From the NCBI GenBank assembly GCA_017416695.1, contig JAFQBL010000130.1:1-41437 (forward strand): a stretch of 41,437 bases of DNA, written 5' to 3'. This DNA comes from Bacteroidales bacterium. GTDB lineage: Bacteria > Bacteroidota > Bacteroidia > Bacteroidales > G3-4614. Made by a program: the position numbers and the translations under genes. Below the pieces are notes generated by a model. It worked only from the letters and a program-made list of their open reading frames with translations, was not told where the DNA came from and ran no database searches. This document shows, in pieces, positions 25,020 through 34,434 of the stretch; the first letter of the stretch is position 1, and every line of letters begins with the position of its first letter.

Positions 25020-25796
25020 ATGAAAAAGATATATATAATATTGGTTCTTATATTGGCTTGCTTGACTATTGAAGATATAAACGCCGCTAAAGTAAGAGTT
25101 AGAGAGAAACGTATTGAGAAGGCCGCTCCTGCCGACAGATTTGTTTTTGCAGCAAAGGCTGGTTTTAATCTTGGAGGTACTGCTCCTATGGGACTCCCTG
25201 CTGAGATTAGAACAATTAATTCATTTAAGCCTACATTCTCTTTTACAATATCAGGTACTGCCCAATATAATTTCAACAACAAATGGGGTTTGCAATCGGG
25301 TATTAAATTTGATATTAAAGGTATGCAAACTGATACTTCGGTGAAGAATTATCAACTGGTAGTATCTATGGATGGTTCTACTATTGAGGGAGTTTTCACT
25401 GGTGATGTTACAACAAAAGTTCGTAATAACTACATAACTATCCCACTATTGGCAGTTTACGATATATCTCCACGTTGGGACCTTAAATTTGGTGGATACG
25501 CTTCGTTTATGGTTAACGGAGAGTTCTCAGGAACTGCAACCAACGGCTATATGCGTGATGGTTCTCCAATAGGACCTCGTGTTGACGGCGTTGATGCTGT
25601 TTATGACTTTACTGATGATATGCGTAAGGTTGATGCTGGTGTTCAAGTTGGTGTGGACTTTATTCCTTACAAACACCTTTTAATATCGGGAGACTTGACT
25701 TGGGGCTGTATTCCTCTTTTCAAAAGCGACTTTACAGCAATGAGTTTTAATATGTACAATGTCTATTTCAATATAGGCTTTGGTTATGTATTTTAA
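25020..25796 (+). CDS. outer-membrane beta-barrel protein (porin/OmpA-like barrel family)
   Basis: 258-aa ORF with a signal peptide. It has alternating hydrophobic beta-strand periodicity and a C-terminal ...NIGFGYVF ending in an aromatic residue, as is typical of OMPs. It starts 21 nt after the PCMD-like gene. Confidence 0.6.
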   Translation: MKKIYIILVLILACLTIEDINAAKVRVREKRIEKAAPADRFVFAAKAGFNLGGTAPMGLPAEIRTINSFKPTFSFTISGTAQYNFNNKWGLQSGIKFDIKGMQTDTSVKNYQLVVSMDGSTIEGVFTGDVTTKVRNNYITIPLLAVYDISPRWDLKFGGYASFMVNGEFSGTATNGYMRDGSPIGPRVDGVDAVYDFTDDMRKVDAGVQVGVDFIPYKHLLISGDLTWGCIPLFKSDFTAMSFNMYNVYFNIGFGYVF

Positions 25797-25818
25797 TTAG
25801 TTAACAGAAAATAAGCAT

Positions 25819-26736
25819 ATGCCTTTAACTATTCCCGTTAATCTTCCTGCAGTAGATTTATTAAAGCAAGAGAATATATTTGTGATGGACTCGCAAAGGG
25901 CTTCATCACAAGATATTCGTCCTCTTAAACTTGTTATTCTAAATCTAATGCCTCTTAAAATTACCACTGAAACTGATTTGATAAGATTACTCTCAAACTC
26001 CCCTTTACAAATTGAGATTGATTTTATGAAGATTTCGGGACATATATCAAAGAATACCCCCATAGAACACATGGAGGCTTTCTACAAAGAGTTTTCTCTT
26101 ATAAAAAATGATAACTACGATGGTATGATTGTTACAGGGGCTCCTGTTGAACAACTTGAATTTACTGATGTTTCGTATTGGAATGAACTTACAGAAATTT
26201 TTGATTGGTCAAGAACTCACGTTACATCTACCATGTTTATATGCTGGGCTGCACAAGCAGCTTTGAACTACTACTACAAAGTTCCCAAATATCCTCTTTC
26301 AGAAAAGATGTTTGGCGTATTCAGCCACTCGGTATATAACCGCAAAAATCCTATTTTCAGAGGGTTTGACGATGAGTTTTATGCTCCTCACAGCAGACAC
26401 TCTGAGGTTAAAAGAGAGGATATTGACAAGATTAAAGAGATTGAAATTCTTTCGGAGAGCAAAGATGCTGGTATATATATGCTTATGGCAAGACAGGGTA
26501 GAGAGATTTTTATTACAGGACACTCTGAATACTCTCCCAATACTCTTAAAGATGAGTATTTCCGCGACAAAAACAAAGGGTTGGATATTCAAATTCCGCA
26601 AAACTATTTTCCAAATAACGACACATCAAAAGACCCTATGGTTAAGTGGCGTGCTCATGCCAATTTGTTATTCTCAAATTGGTTAAACTACTTTGTATAT
26701 CAAGAGACTCCATACGATATAAAATCAATTAAATAA
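25819..26736 (+). CDS. metA: homoserine O-acyltransferase (MetA family)
   Basis: 305-aa ORF with N-terminal MPLTIPVNLPAV..L..ENIFVM, DIRPLKLVILNLMP, the catalytic region ICWAAQAAL and ITGHSEY. Confidence 0.9.
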   Translation: MPLTIPVNLPAVDLLKQENIFVMDSQRASSQDIRPLKLVILNLMPLKITTETDLIRLLSNSPLQIEIDFMKISGHISKNTPIEHMEAFYKEFSLIKNDNYDGMIVTGAPVEQLEFTDVSYWNELTEIFDWSRTHVTSTMFICWAAQAALNYYYKVPKYPLSEKMFGVFSHSVYNRKNPIFRGFDDEFYAPHSRHSEVKREDIDKIKEIEILSESKDAGIYMLMARQGREIFITGHSEYSPNTLKDEYFRDKNKGLDIQIPQNYFPNNDTSKDPMVKWRAHANLLFSNWLNYFVYQETPYDIKSIK

Positions 26737-26743
26737 GATATAT

Positions 26744-28558
26744 ATGCCTCGTCGTATTGAGTTATTATCACCTGCACGAGACACTAATATTGCACGAGAA
26801 GCAATTCTACATGGTGCTGATGCTGTATATATTGGTGCCCCAAAATTTAGTGCAAGAGTTGCAGCAGGAAACAGCATAGATGAGATTGCCTCTTTGGTTG
26901 AGTTTGCTCATATTTATGGGGCTAAAGTTTATGTTGCTCTTAACACAATAATTAAAGATGAGGAGATTAGAGAGGTTGAGGAGATAATCACCTCGCTCTA
27001 CGAAATTGGTGTTGATGCCCTTATTGTACAGGATATGGGTATAACAAAGATGAATATCCCCCCTATACAACTTCACGCAAGTACTCAATGTCACAATGAT
27101 TCGGTTGATCAGGTTAAGTTTTTAGAGGAGTCTGGATTTTCGCAAGTTGTATTAGCAAGGGAACTCAACATCTCTCAAATTAAAGAGATTTGTAATAACT
27201 GCAGTGTACCTATTGAGGTTTTCGTTCATGGAGCATTATGCGTCAGTTATAGTGGAAGATGCTACTTAAGCCAGGCATTAGCAAACAGAAGCGCCAACAG
27301 AGGTGAGTGTGCTCAGTTTTGCCGATTGTCATATAATCTTGAAGATGCTGATGGCAACACTCTTGTAAAGGATAAACATCTTTTATCGTTAAAAGATATG
27401 AACAGAAGCAACTCCATTGAGGCTCTGTTAGATGCTGGCGTCACCTCATTAAAGATTGAAGGAAGGCTTAAGGATATTGAGTATGTAAAAAACATAACTG
27501 CTCACTATCGAGCAATATTAGATGAAATTTTTACAAGACGCAAGGAGTATGTTGCAGCCTCTTCGGGGAAAACAAGAGTTAATTTTACACCAAATCCATA
27601 CAAAAGTTTTAACAGAGGTTTTACCCCATACTATGCTGGAGATAAGAGTTTCAATAATATTGCATCAATTAACACCCCAAAATCTATTGGAGAGGAGGTT
27701 GGTACTGTTAAATTAGTAAATTCCAATTTTATTGAAGTATCTTCAAATGTAGAGTTACACAATGGTGATGGTCTTTGCTTCACCTCAAAAGATGGAAGGT
27801 TCTCAGGATTTGGTGTTAACAGAGTGGAAGGCAAAAGATTATACCCATCTTCTATGCCAGAGATTAAATGTGGCGATATAGTATTCCGTAATAGTGATAT
27901 TAAATTCACCAAACTCCTTGCCTCTCCTACTGCGGAGCGTAAAATTGCCATAAAAATGAGTTTGAGTTTCTCTCAACCATTTTTATTGTTACAGATTTGT
28001 GACGAGGATAATAATTGCGTTACAATAAAAGAGGAGATTCAGAGTTTAGAAGTTGCAAAAACTGTTCAGGCTACAAACCAACAGACTCAACTATCTAAAT
28101 TAGGAAACACTCCATACGAAGCAATAGAGATAGAGATTGAGGAGACTAAAAGTTTGTTTATACCATCATCGGTCTTAGCAAAAATAAGACGTAATGCTAT
28201 TGATGCTCTTACGAATCTTAGAATCAAAAATTATCCGCGACCTGAACGAAAAAAGGATTCAGTTCCTTTATACACTCAGAAAAATTTAAGTTTTGAGGCT
28301 AATATTGCAAATTGCAAAGCTGAAGAGTTTTATATTGAGCGTGGAGTAGAAAATTTATCTCGTGCATACGAATTAAATCCCGTTAAGGATGCCCCCTTGA
28401 TGACTACACTGCACTGTATTCGCAGAACTTATGGCAAGTGTCTGAAAACAAACTGCAAAAACGACTGGAAGGAGCCTTTATTCCTTGTATCGGGCAAAAC
28501 AAAATTGCAACTGCTTTTCAACTGCAAGGAGTGCAAAATGGTTGTAAAAAAAGCATAA
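26744..28558 (+). CDS. U32-family peptidase-like protein (PrtC/RlhA/TrhP family), long form with a Cys-rich C-terminus
   Basis: 604-aa ORF with ELLSPA, GADAVYIG, the U32 signature region EVFVHGALCVSYSGRCYLS and SANRGECAQFCR. Confidence 0.85.
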   Translation: MPRRIELLSPARDTNIAREAILHGADAVYIGAPKFSARVAAGNSIDEIASLVEFAHIYGAKVYVALNTIIKDEEIREVEEIITSLYEIGVDALIVQDMGITKMNIPPIQLHASTQCHNDSVDQVKFLEESGFSQVVLARELNISQIKEICNNCSVPIEVFVHGALCVSYSGRCYLSQALANRSANRGECAQFCRLSYNLEDADGNTLVKDKHLLSLKDMNRSNSIEALLDAGVTSLKIEGRLKDIEYVKNITAHYRAILDEIFTRRKEYVAASSGKTRVNFTPNPYKSFNRGFTPYYAGDKSFNNIASINTPKSIGEEVGTVKLVNSNFIEVSSNVELHNGDGLCFTSKDGRFSGFGVNRVEGKRLYPSSMPEIKCGDIVFRNSDIKFTKLLASPTAERKIAIKMSLSFSQPFLLLQICDEDNNCVTIKEEIQSLEVAKTVQATNQQTQLSKLGNTPYEAIEIEIEETKSLFIPSSVLAKIRRNAIDALTNLRIKNYPRPERKKDSVPLYTQKNLSFEANIANCKAEEFYIERGVENLSRAYELNPVKDAPLMTTLHCIRRTYGKCLKTNCKNDWKEPLFLVSGKTKLQLLFNCKECKMVVKKA

Positions 28559-28636
28559 CTTTTCTCTCAAAAAATTGATAGATTATATTGTTTAAAACTT
28601 TCTTTCAAAATATGAGGGAAAGTAGAGATTATTTGC

Positions 28637-28644
28637 TAAATTTG
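28637..28644 (+). promoter_or_regulatory. Bacteroidota -7 promoter box (TAAATTTG)
   Basis: TAnnTTTG 23 nt upstream of the purH ATG. I see no other box before rodA ends at 35872. Confidence 0.45.
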
Positions 28645-28666
28645 TAGTTGGAAAATTCTTTTTACT

Positions 28667-30190
28667 ATGATAGAGACTAAAAAAATTAAAACAGCATTAG
28701 TATCCGTATTCTACAAAGACGGATTAGACGAGATTATTAAAAAGTTAGACGCAGAAGGTGTTAAATTTATCTCAACTGGTGGTACTCAAAAATTTATTGA
28801 ATCGTTAGGTATTGAATGTACTCCAGTAGAGCAATTAACTACATATCCATCAATTTTTGGTGGTCGCGTTAAAACCTTGCACCCCGCTATTTTTGGTGGT
28901 ATCCTTTGCCGCCGCAACCTTGAACAAGATATGCAACAAGCTCAACAATATGGCATTGAAGAGATTGATCTTGTAATTGTGGATTTGTATCCTTTTGAAG
29001 AGACTGTAGCATCAGGAGCAAGCGATGCTGATATTATAGAGAAAATTGATATAGGTGGAATATCTTTAATCAGAGGTGCTGCCAAAAACTATAACGATGT
29101 TGTTATTGTTGCGTCAAAAGGACAATATGCTCCTTTGATGGAGATGCTTAACAAAAATGGTGCTGCTTCAACCTTAGAGGAGCGTCGTTGGTTTGCAAAA
29201 GAGGCTTTTGCGGTATCTTCATCGTACGATTCTGCTATTTTCAACTACTTTGATGGTGGTGAACTATCGGCTTTCAGGGCTGCTGCTGACAATGCTAAAT
29301 CGTTGCGTTATGGTGAGAACCCTCACCAAAAAGGTGCATTCTTTGGCAACTTCAATGATATGTTTGAGCAAATTCATGGTAAAGAGATTTCTTACAACAA
29401 CTTGTTGGATATTGATGCTGCTGTAAGTTTGATTTCAGAATTTGAAGAGACTACCTTTGCAATTCTTAAACACAACAACGCTTGTGGATTGGCCTCTCGC
29501 CCCACTCTTCTTGAAGCATGGAAATGTGCTCTTGCAGGAGATCCCGTATCGGCATTTGGAGGAGTGTTAATTGCAAATGCCGAAGTTGATGCTGCTACTG
29601 CAGAAGAGGTTAACAAACTTTTCTTTGAGATTATTATTGCTCCTTCATACACAGCAGAGGCTTTAGAGATTTTAAAACAAAAGAAAAACCGTATCATTCT
29701 TATTCAAAAGAGAGGTATCGATACCAAAGTTCAATACCGTTCTCTATTGAATGGCGTACTTATGCAAGAACGAGACCTAAAAGTTGAGTTACCAGAAGAG
29801 TTGAAACAAGTAACAAACAAAGCGGTTTCTCCCGAAGTGATTGAAGATTTACTATTTGCCAATAAAATTGTAAAACATAGCAAATCTAATGCTATTGTTT
29901 TGGCAAAAGAGAAACAACTATACGCAAGCGGTGTTGGACAAACTTCTCGTGTTGACTCATTACGCCACGCTATTGAGAAAGCAAAATCTTTTGGGTTTGA
30001 CCTTAAGGGTTCTGTTATGGCTTCTGATGCTTTCTTCCCCTTTGCTGATTGTGTAGAGATTGCTCACAATGAAGGAATTGATACCGTAATTCAACCAGGT
30101 GGTTCGGTTAGAGACAACGAAACTATTGAATATTGTAACAATAACGACGTTGCAATGGTATTTACTGGCATACGCCACTTTAAACATTAA
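28667..30190 (+). CDS. purH: bifunctional AICAR formyltransferase / IMP cyclohydrolase
   Basis: 507-aa ORF with ALVSVFYKDGL, STGGTQKF, VKTLHPAIFGGIL, DIGGISLIRGAAKN, KHNNACG and the C-terminal IQPGGSVRD...FTGIRHFKH. Confidence 0.95.
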   Translation: MIETKKIKTALVSVFYKDGLDEIIKKLDAEGVKFISTGGTQKFIESLGIECTPVEQLTTYPSIFGGRVKTLHPAIFGGILCRRNLEQDMQQAQQYGIEEIDLVIVDLYPFEETVASGASDADIIEKIDIGGISLIRGAAKNYNDVVIVASKGQYAPLMEMLNKNGAASTLEERRWFAKEAFAVSSSYDSAIFNYFDGGELSAFRAAADNAKSLRYGENPHQKGAFFGNFNDMFEQIHGKEISYNNLLDIDAAVSLISEFEETTFAILKHNNACGLASRPTLLEAWKCALAGDPVSAFGGVLIANAEVDAATAEEVNKLFFEIIIAPSYTAEALEILKQKKNRIILIQKRGIDTKVQYRSLLNGVLMQERDLKVELPEELKQVTNKAVSPEVIEDLLFANKIVKHSKSNAIVLAKEKQLYASGVGQTSRVDSLRHAIEKAKSFGFDLKGSVMASDAFFPFADCVEIAHNEGIDTVIQPGGSVRDNETIEYCNNNDVAMVFTGIRHFKH

Positions 30191-30193
30191 AAA

Positions 30194-31213
30194 ATGGGAC
30201 TATTTTCATTTACACAAGAGTTGGCTATTGATTTAGGTACAGCCAACACAATTATTATAAAAAACGGCAAGGTGGTTGTTGATGAACCTTCTGTTGTTGC
30301 CTTAGACAAAAGAACTGACAAACTAATTGCCGTTGGTGAAGTTGCCCGCAAGATGCACGGAAAAACTCACCCTAACATTACTACAATACGTCCTCTACGC
30401 GATGGTGTGATTGCCGACTTCTATGCGGCGGAACAGATGATTCGCGGAATGATTAAGAAGGTTGATACCCACAAACGCTGGTTTGCTCCTTCGTTGAGAA
30501 TGGTAGTTTGTATCCCTTCGGGAAGTACTGAGGTTGAAATTCGTGCGGTACGCGACTCTGCTGAACACGCAGGAGGTAGAGATGTATATATGATATACGA
30601 GCCTATGGCTGCTGCTATTGGTATTGGTTTGGATGTTGAGGCTCCTCAAGGAAATATGATTGTTGATATAGGTGGTGGTACTACTGAGATTGCAGTTATT
30701 TCATTAGGCGGTATAGTAGCAAACAAATCAATTCGTATTGCTGGTGATGACTTAACCTCTGATATTCAAGATTATATGAGCCGTCAACACAATGTTCGTG
30801 TTGGAGAGAGAACTGCAGAAGAGATTAAAATTAACGTTGGATCGGTTTTAACTGAGTTAGATAATCCACCTGAAGATTTCATTGTTCATGGTCCCAACAG
30901 AATGACTGCTCTTCCTATGGAAGTTCCTGTAAACTATCAAGAGATTGCCCACTGTCTTGAAAAGTCAATTTCAAAGATTGAGGCTGAAGTATTGAGCGCA
31001 TTGGAACAGACTCCTCCAGAATTGTATGCCGACATTGTAAGAAATGGTGTATATCTTGCTGGTGGTGGTGCATTACTAAGAGGTTTAGATAAACGTCTGA
31101 CCGATAAGATTGGTATCCCATTCCACATTGCTGAGGATCCTTTACACTCAGTTGCTAAAGGAACAGGTATTGCCTTGAAGAACATTGATCGTTTCAACTT
31201 CTTAATGCGATAA
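30194..31213 (+). CDS. mreB: rod shape-determining actin homologue MreB
   Basis: 339-aa ORF with IDLGTANT, EPMAAAIG, DIGGGTTE and GGGALLRGLD. It starts 3 nt after purH. Confidence 0.95.
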   Translation: MGLFSFTQELAIDLGTANTIIIKNGKVVVDEPSVVALDKRTDKLIAVGEVARKMHGKTHPNITTIRPLRDGVIADFYAAEQMIRGMIKKVDTHKRWFAPSLRMVVCIPSGSTEVEIRAVRDSAEHAGGRDVYMIYEPMAAAIGIGLDVEAPQGNMIVDIGGGTTEIAVISLGGIVANKSIRIAGDDLTSDIQDYMSRQHNVRVGERTAEEIKINVGSVLTELDNPPEDFIVHGPNRMTALPMEVPVNYQEIAHCLEKSISKIEAEVLSALEQTPPELYADIVRNGVYLAGGGALLRGLDKRLTDKIGIPFHIAEDPLHSVAKGTGIALKNIDRFNFLMR

Positions 31214-31232
31214 TCGGCTCTAATATTGCGAT

Positions 31233-32066
31233 ATGCGCAGGTTGATTGATTTTATAATAGCACATAGCAGTATTTTCGTATTTGTAATTTATGTTACAAT
31301 ATCGATTATACTGTTGTTGCGTTTTAACCCATATCAAGAGAGTGTGTACTTTAACTCGGCAAATGCTGTTGCTGGCAAATACTACTCTTTAATAGATAAT
31401 ATTACTGGATACATTGGGTTAAGAGAAATCAATACAGAACTACAAGAGAGCAACAGTGAATTACAATTGCAAATATCACTGTTAAAAGAAGAGATTGAAC
31501 AACTAAGTGAAGAAAATAGTATTGAAGAGTTCTCAAAAGGTCTTATTCAAAAAAACAAACTTATTGGCATTGCCCGCCCAGTAAATGTAACAACCACCAA
31601 TGCTCATAACTACATAACAATAAATAGAGGTTCAGTTGATGGTATTAAAGAGGGAATGGGTGTAATAAACCGCTCGGGTGTTGTTGGTATCATAAGTACT
31701 GTTTCAAAGAACTACTCTTTAGTAATATCAATTCTTAATCCTAAATTAAGATTAAGTTGCAAACTTAAAGATAGTGGTTATTTTGGTTCATTAATATGGG
31801 ATGGCAAATCGGCAGAATATGCTATTCTTGAAGAGTTACCCCGCCATGTAAAGTTTGAGAAAGGTGATACTATTATAACAAGCGGATACTCTTCGGTTTT
31901 TCCAGAAGGTTTGCTGATTGGAACGGTTGAAGAGTCATCGCGACAAAAGAACGACAACTTTAATGCTATAAAAGTTAAACTATCTACCGACTACTTTAAA
32001 TTGGGAGATGTTTGTATAATTGACAACATTGAGAGAGAAGAACAAGAGTTATTGAAAGCAAAATGA
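31233..32066 (+). CDS. mreC: rod shape-determining protein MreC
   Basis: 277-aa ORF with an N-terminal TM helix, a coiled coil (ELQESNSELQLQISLLKEEIEQLSEEN), then GSVDGIKEGMGVINRSGVVGIIS. It sits between mreB and mreD. Confidence 0.85.
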   Translation: MRRLIDFIIAHSSIFVFVIYVTISIILLLRFNPYQESVYFNSANAVAGKYYSLIDNITGYIGLREINTELQESNSELQLQISLLKEEIEQLSEENSIEEFSKGLIQKNKLIGIARPVNVTTTNAHNYITINRGSVDGIKEGMGVINRSGVVGIISTVSKNYSLVISILNPKLRLSCKLKDSGYFGSLIWDGKSAEYAILEELPRHVKFEKGDTIITSGYSSVFPEGLLIGTVEESSRQKNDNFNAIKVKLSTDYFKLGDVCIIDNIEREEQELLKAK

Positions 32067-32575
32067 GAAGGGCTACAATAGGATATTACTCTATACTTGC
32101 AATTGTTTTGATTATTTTGCAAGTAACCTTACTTAGCAACATTGCGTTATGGGGTGTTGCTACGCCATTTTTGTTTTTATATCTAATAATGAAGCTTCCT
32201 GTATCAACCTCGCCAAACATTGTTATGACGGTTGCTTTTGCTATGGGACTTACAATAGATATGTTTTTCTCAACCCCTGGAGTATATACTTTATCATCAG
32301 TTGTAACTGCTTTTATGAGAAGACCTTATATTACTTTGGTTTTACAACACGAGGATGACTATGGAACAATGTACCCCTCTATAAGGACATTAGGCACTGC
32401 TCCTTTTACAGTGTATGCCCTTATTACAGCACTTACATTCTCAACTTTAGTATTCATTGTTCAATCGTTTTCTCTTTACTCTCCCCTTCATCTTATACTT
32501 AAGATAGTAACAAGTTCTCTGTTTACTTACATAATGGTTATGTGTGCAGAGTATATTCTTAAAGAGAAAAGATGA
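32063..32575 (+). CDS. mreD: rod shape-determining protein MreD
   Basis: 170-aa polytopic membrane ORF. It has an ATGA overlap with mreC (32063-32066) and with mrdA (32572-32575). The call rests mainly on position and topology. Confidence 0.65.
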   Translation: MRRATIGYYSILAIVLIILQVTLLSNIALWGVATPFLFLYLIMKLPVSTSPNIVMTVAFAMGLTIDMFFSTPGVYTLSSVVTAFMRRPYITLVLQHEDDYGTMYPSIRTLGTAPFTVYALITALTFSTLVFIVQSFSLYSPLHLILKIVTSSLFTYIMVMCAEYILKEKR

Positions 32576-34434
32576 GAAAGGATTACAATCTTGAAAAAAG
32601 AAAATATATTATTGGCGGATTTATTGTTGTTATTGCCATTATATATATTGTTCGACTATTTATGTTACAAATAGTTGACACCGATTACAGGCGTTTTGCA
32701 GAGGGTAATGCTTTTTTGAAAAAAGTTCAATACCCTTCAAGAGGTATGATTTATGACCGAGAGGGACGTTTGATGGTATATAACCAATCGGCATACGATG
32801 TAATGATGATTCCTCGCGAAGTTAAAGAGTTTGACACTTTGGCTTTCTGCAACGCAATAGATATTACAAAAGAGGAGTTTGAAGGGCGTGTAAAGAGAAT
32901 GAAGGACAGACGCTACAATCCAAGTTACTCATCTTATACTCCTCAACTTTTAATATCTCAAATGTCTGCTGAAGAGTACGGAAGACTTCAAGAGATTTTA
33001 TATAAGTTCTCTGGTATATATGTTCAAAATAGGGTTATTAGAGAATATAAATATGATATTGCTGGCTCTCTTTTAGGTAATATCAGAGAGGTCTCTTCAT
33101 CGGATATTGAGAACGACTCATACTACAAAGCAGGAGACTATACTGGGGATTTGGGTATTGAGAAATCGTATGAGAAATATCTTCGTGGAGAAAAGGGTAT
33201 TGAGATTCTTCTTAGAGACTCTAAAGGCAGAATTAAAGGTGAATATGAGAACGGAAAATACAACGAGGCCCCTATATCAGGTAAAAACCTGACACTATCT
33301 ATTGATGCCGAACTTCAAGAATATGGAGAGTATTTAATGCAAAATAAAATTGGAGCGATAGTTGCTATTGAGCCATCTACTGGTGAGATATTGGCTATGG
33401 TATCTGCTCCTACTTACAAACCTTCTTCGCTGGTTGGAAGAGAGAGAGGCAAAAACTACGCTAAACTTGTAAAGGATAAATATAAACCCTTATACGACAG
33501 AACTATCATGGGAGTTTACCCTCCTGGCTCTACTTTCAAACCAACTCAATCGTTAATATTTTTACAAGAAGGCATTATAAAGCCATCTTCATCGTACCCT
33601 TGTCATGGTGGATTTATCTCGGGAAGACTAAAAGTTGGATGCCACCCACACAGTGCTCCTATTGCTATGAAACCTGCATTAGCAACATCGTGTAACGCAT
33701 ATTTCTGCTATGGCTTCAAGGCGATGCTTGACAACAGAACAAAATATGAACGCACCGATGAGGCCTTTACTCTATGGAAAGACTATATGGTTTCAATGGG
33801 ATATGGTTATAAATTAGGAATTGACCTACCAGGTGAGAAACGCGGTTTTATTCCGAATAGCGAGTATTACGATAAGTATTACAGAAAAGGTAGATGGAAA
33901 GCATTAACTATAATTTCTGTTTCTATTGGTCAAGGCGAGGTGTTAGCAACTCCTTTACAGATTGCTAACCTATCTGCGACTATCGCCAACCGTGGTTACT
34001 ACTATACCCCTCATGTTGTAAAGCAGATACAAGACTCCGAGATTGACTCAATATACACTCAACGCCACACCACTATGGTTGAAAGCAAATATTACGAAGA
34101 TATTGTTGAGGGTATGCGTATGGCTGTAACTGATGGTACTTGCCGTATAGGAGAGATTGAAGGAGCAGAAGTTTGTGGTAAAACAGGTACTGCACAAAAC
34201 CCTCATGGCAGGGACCACTCGGCATTTATGGGATTTGCCCCTAAAAATAATCCAAAAATTGCTATTGCTGTGTACGTAGAGAATGCTGGCTTTGGTGCAA
34301 CATATGCTGTTCCAATAGGTAGTTTAATGATGGAGAAATTCCTAAACGATACTATTGCTACAGACCGCAAACCTTTAGAAGAGAGAATGGCAAAATCAAA
34401 CACTATTATTTACAGTGGCGTCAAGAAACACTAA
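32572..34434 (+). CDS. mrdA: penicillin-binding protein 2 (elongasome transpeptidase)
   Basis: 620-aa ORF with an N-terminal TM anchor. The transpeptidase triad is STFK (PPGSTFKP), SCN (TSCNAY) and KTG (GKTGTA). Confidence 0.9.
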   Translation: MRKDYNLEKRKYIIGGFIVVIAIIYIVRLFMLQIVDTDYRRFAEGNAFLKKVQYPSRGMIYDREGRLMVYNQSAYDVMMIPREVKEFDTLAFCNAIDITKEEFEGRVKRMKDRRYNPSYSSYTPQLLISQMSAEEYGRLQEILYKFSGIYVQNRVIREYKYDIAGSLLGNIREVSSSDIENDSYYKAGDYTGDLGIEKSYEKYLRGEKGIEILLRDSKGRIKGEYENGKYNEAPISGKNLTLSIDAELQEYGEYLMQNKIGAIVAIEPSTGEILAMVSAPTYKPSSLVGRERGKNYAKLVKDKYKPLYDRTIMGVYPPGSTFKPTQSLIFLQEGIIKPSSSYPCHGGFISGRLKVGCHPHSAPIAMKPALATSCNAYFCYGFKAMLDNRTKYERTDEAFTLWKDYMVSMGYGYKLGIDLPGEKRGFIPNSEYYDKYYRKGRWKALTIISVSIGQGEVLATPLQIANLSATIANRGYYYTPHVVKQIQDSEIDSIYTQRHTTMVESKYYEDIVEGMRMAVTDGTCRIGEIEGAEVCGKTGTAQNPHGRDHSAFMGFAPKNNPKIAIAVYVENAGFGATYAVPIGSLMMEKFLNDTIATDRKPLEERMAKSNTIIYSGVKKH

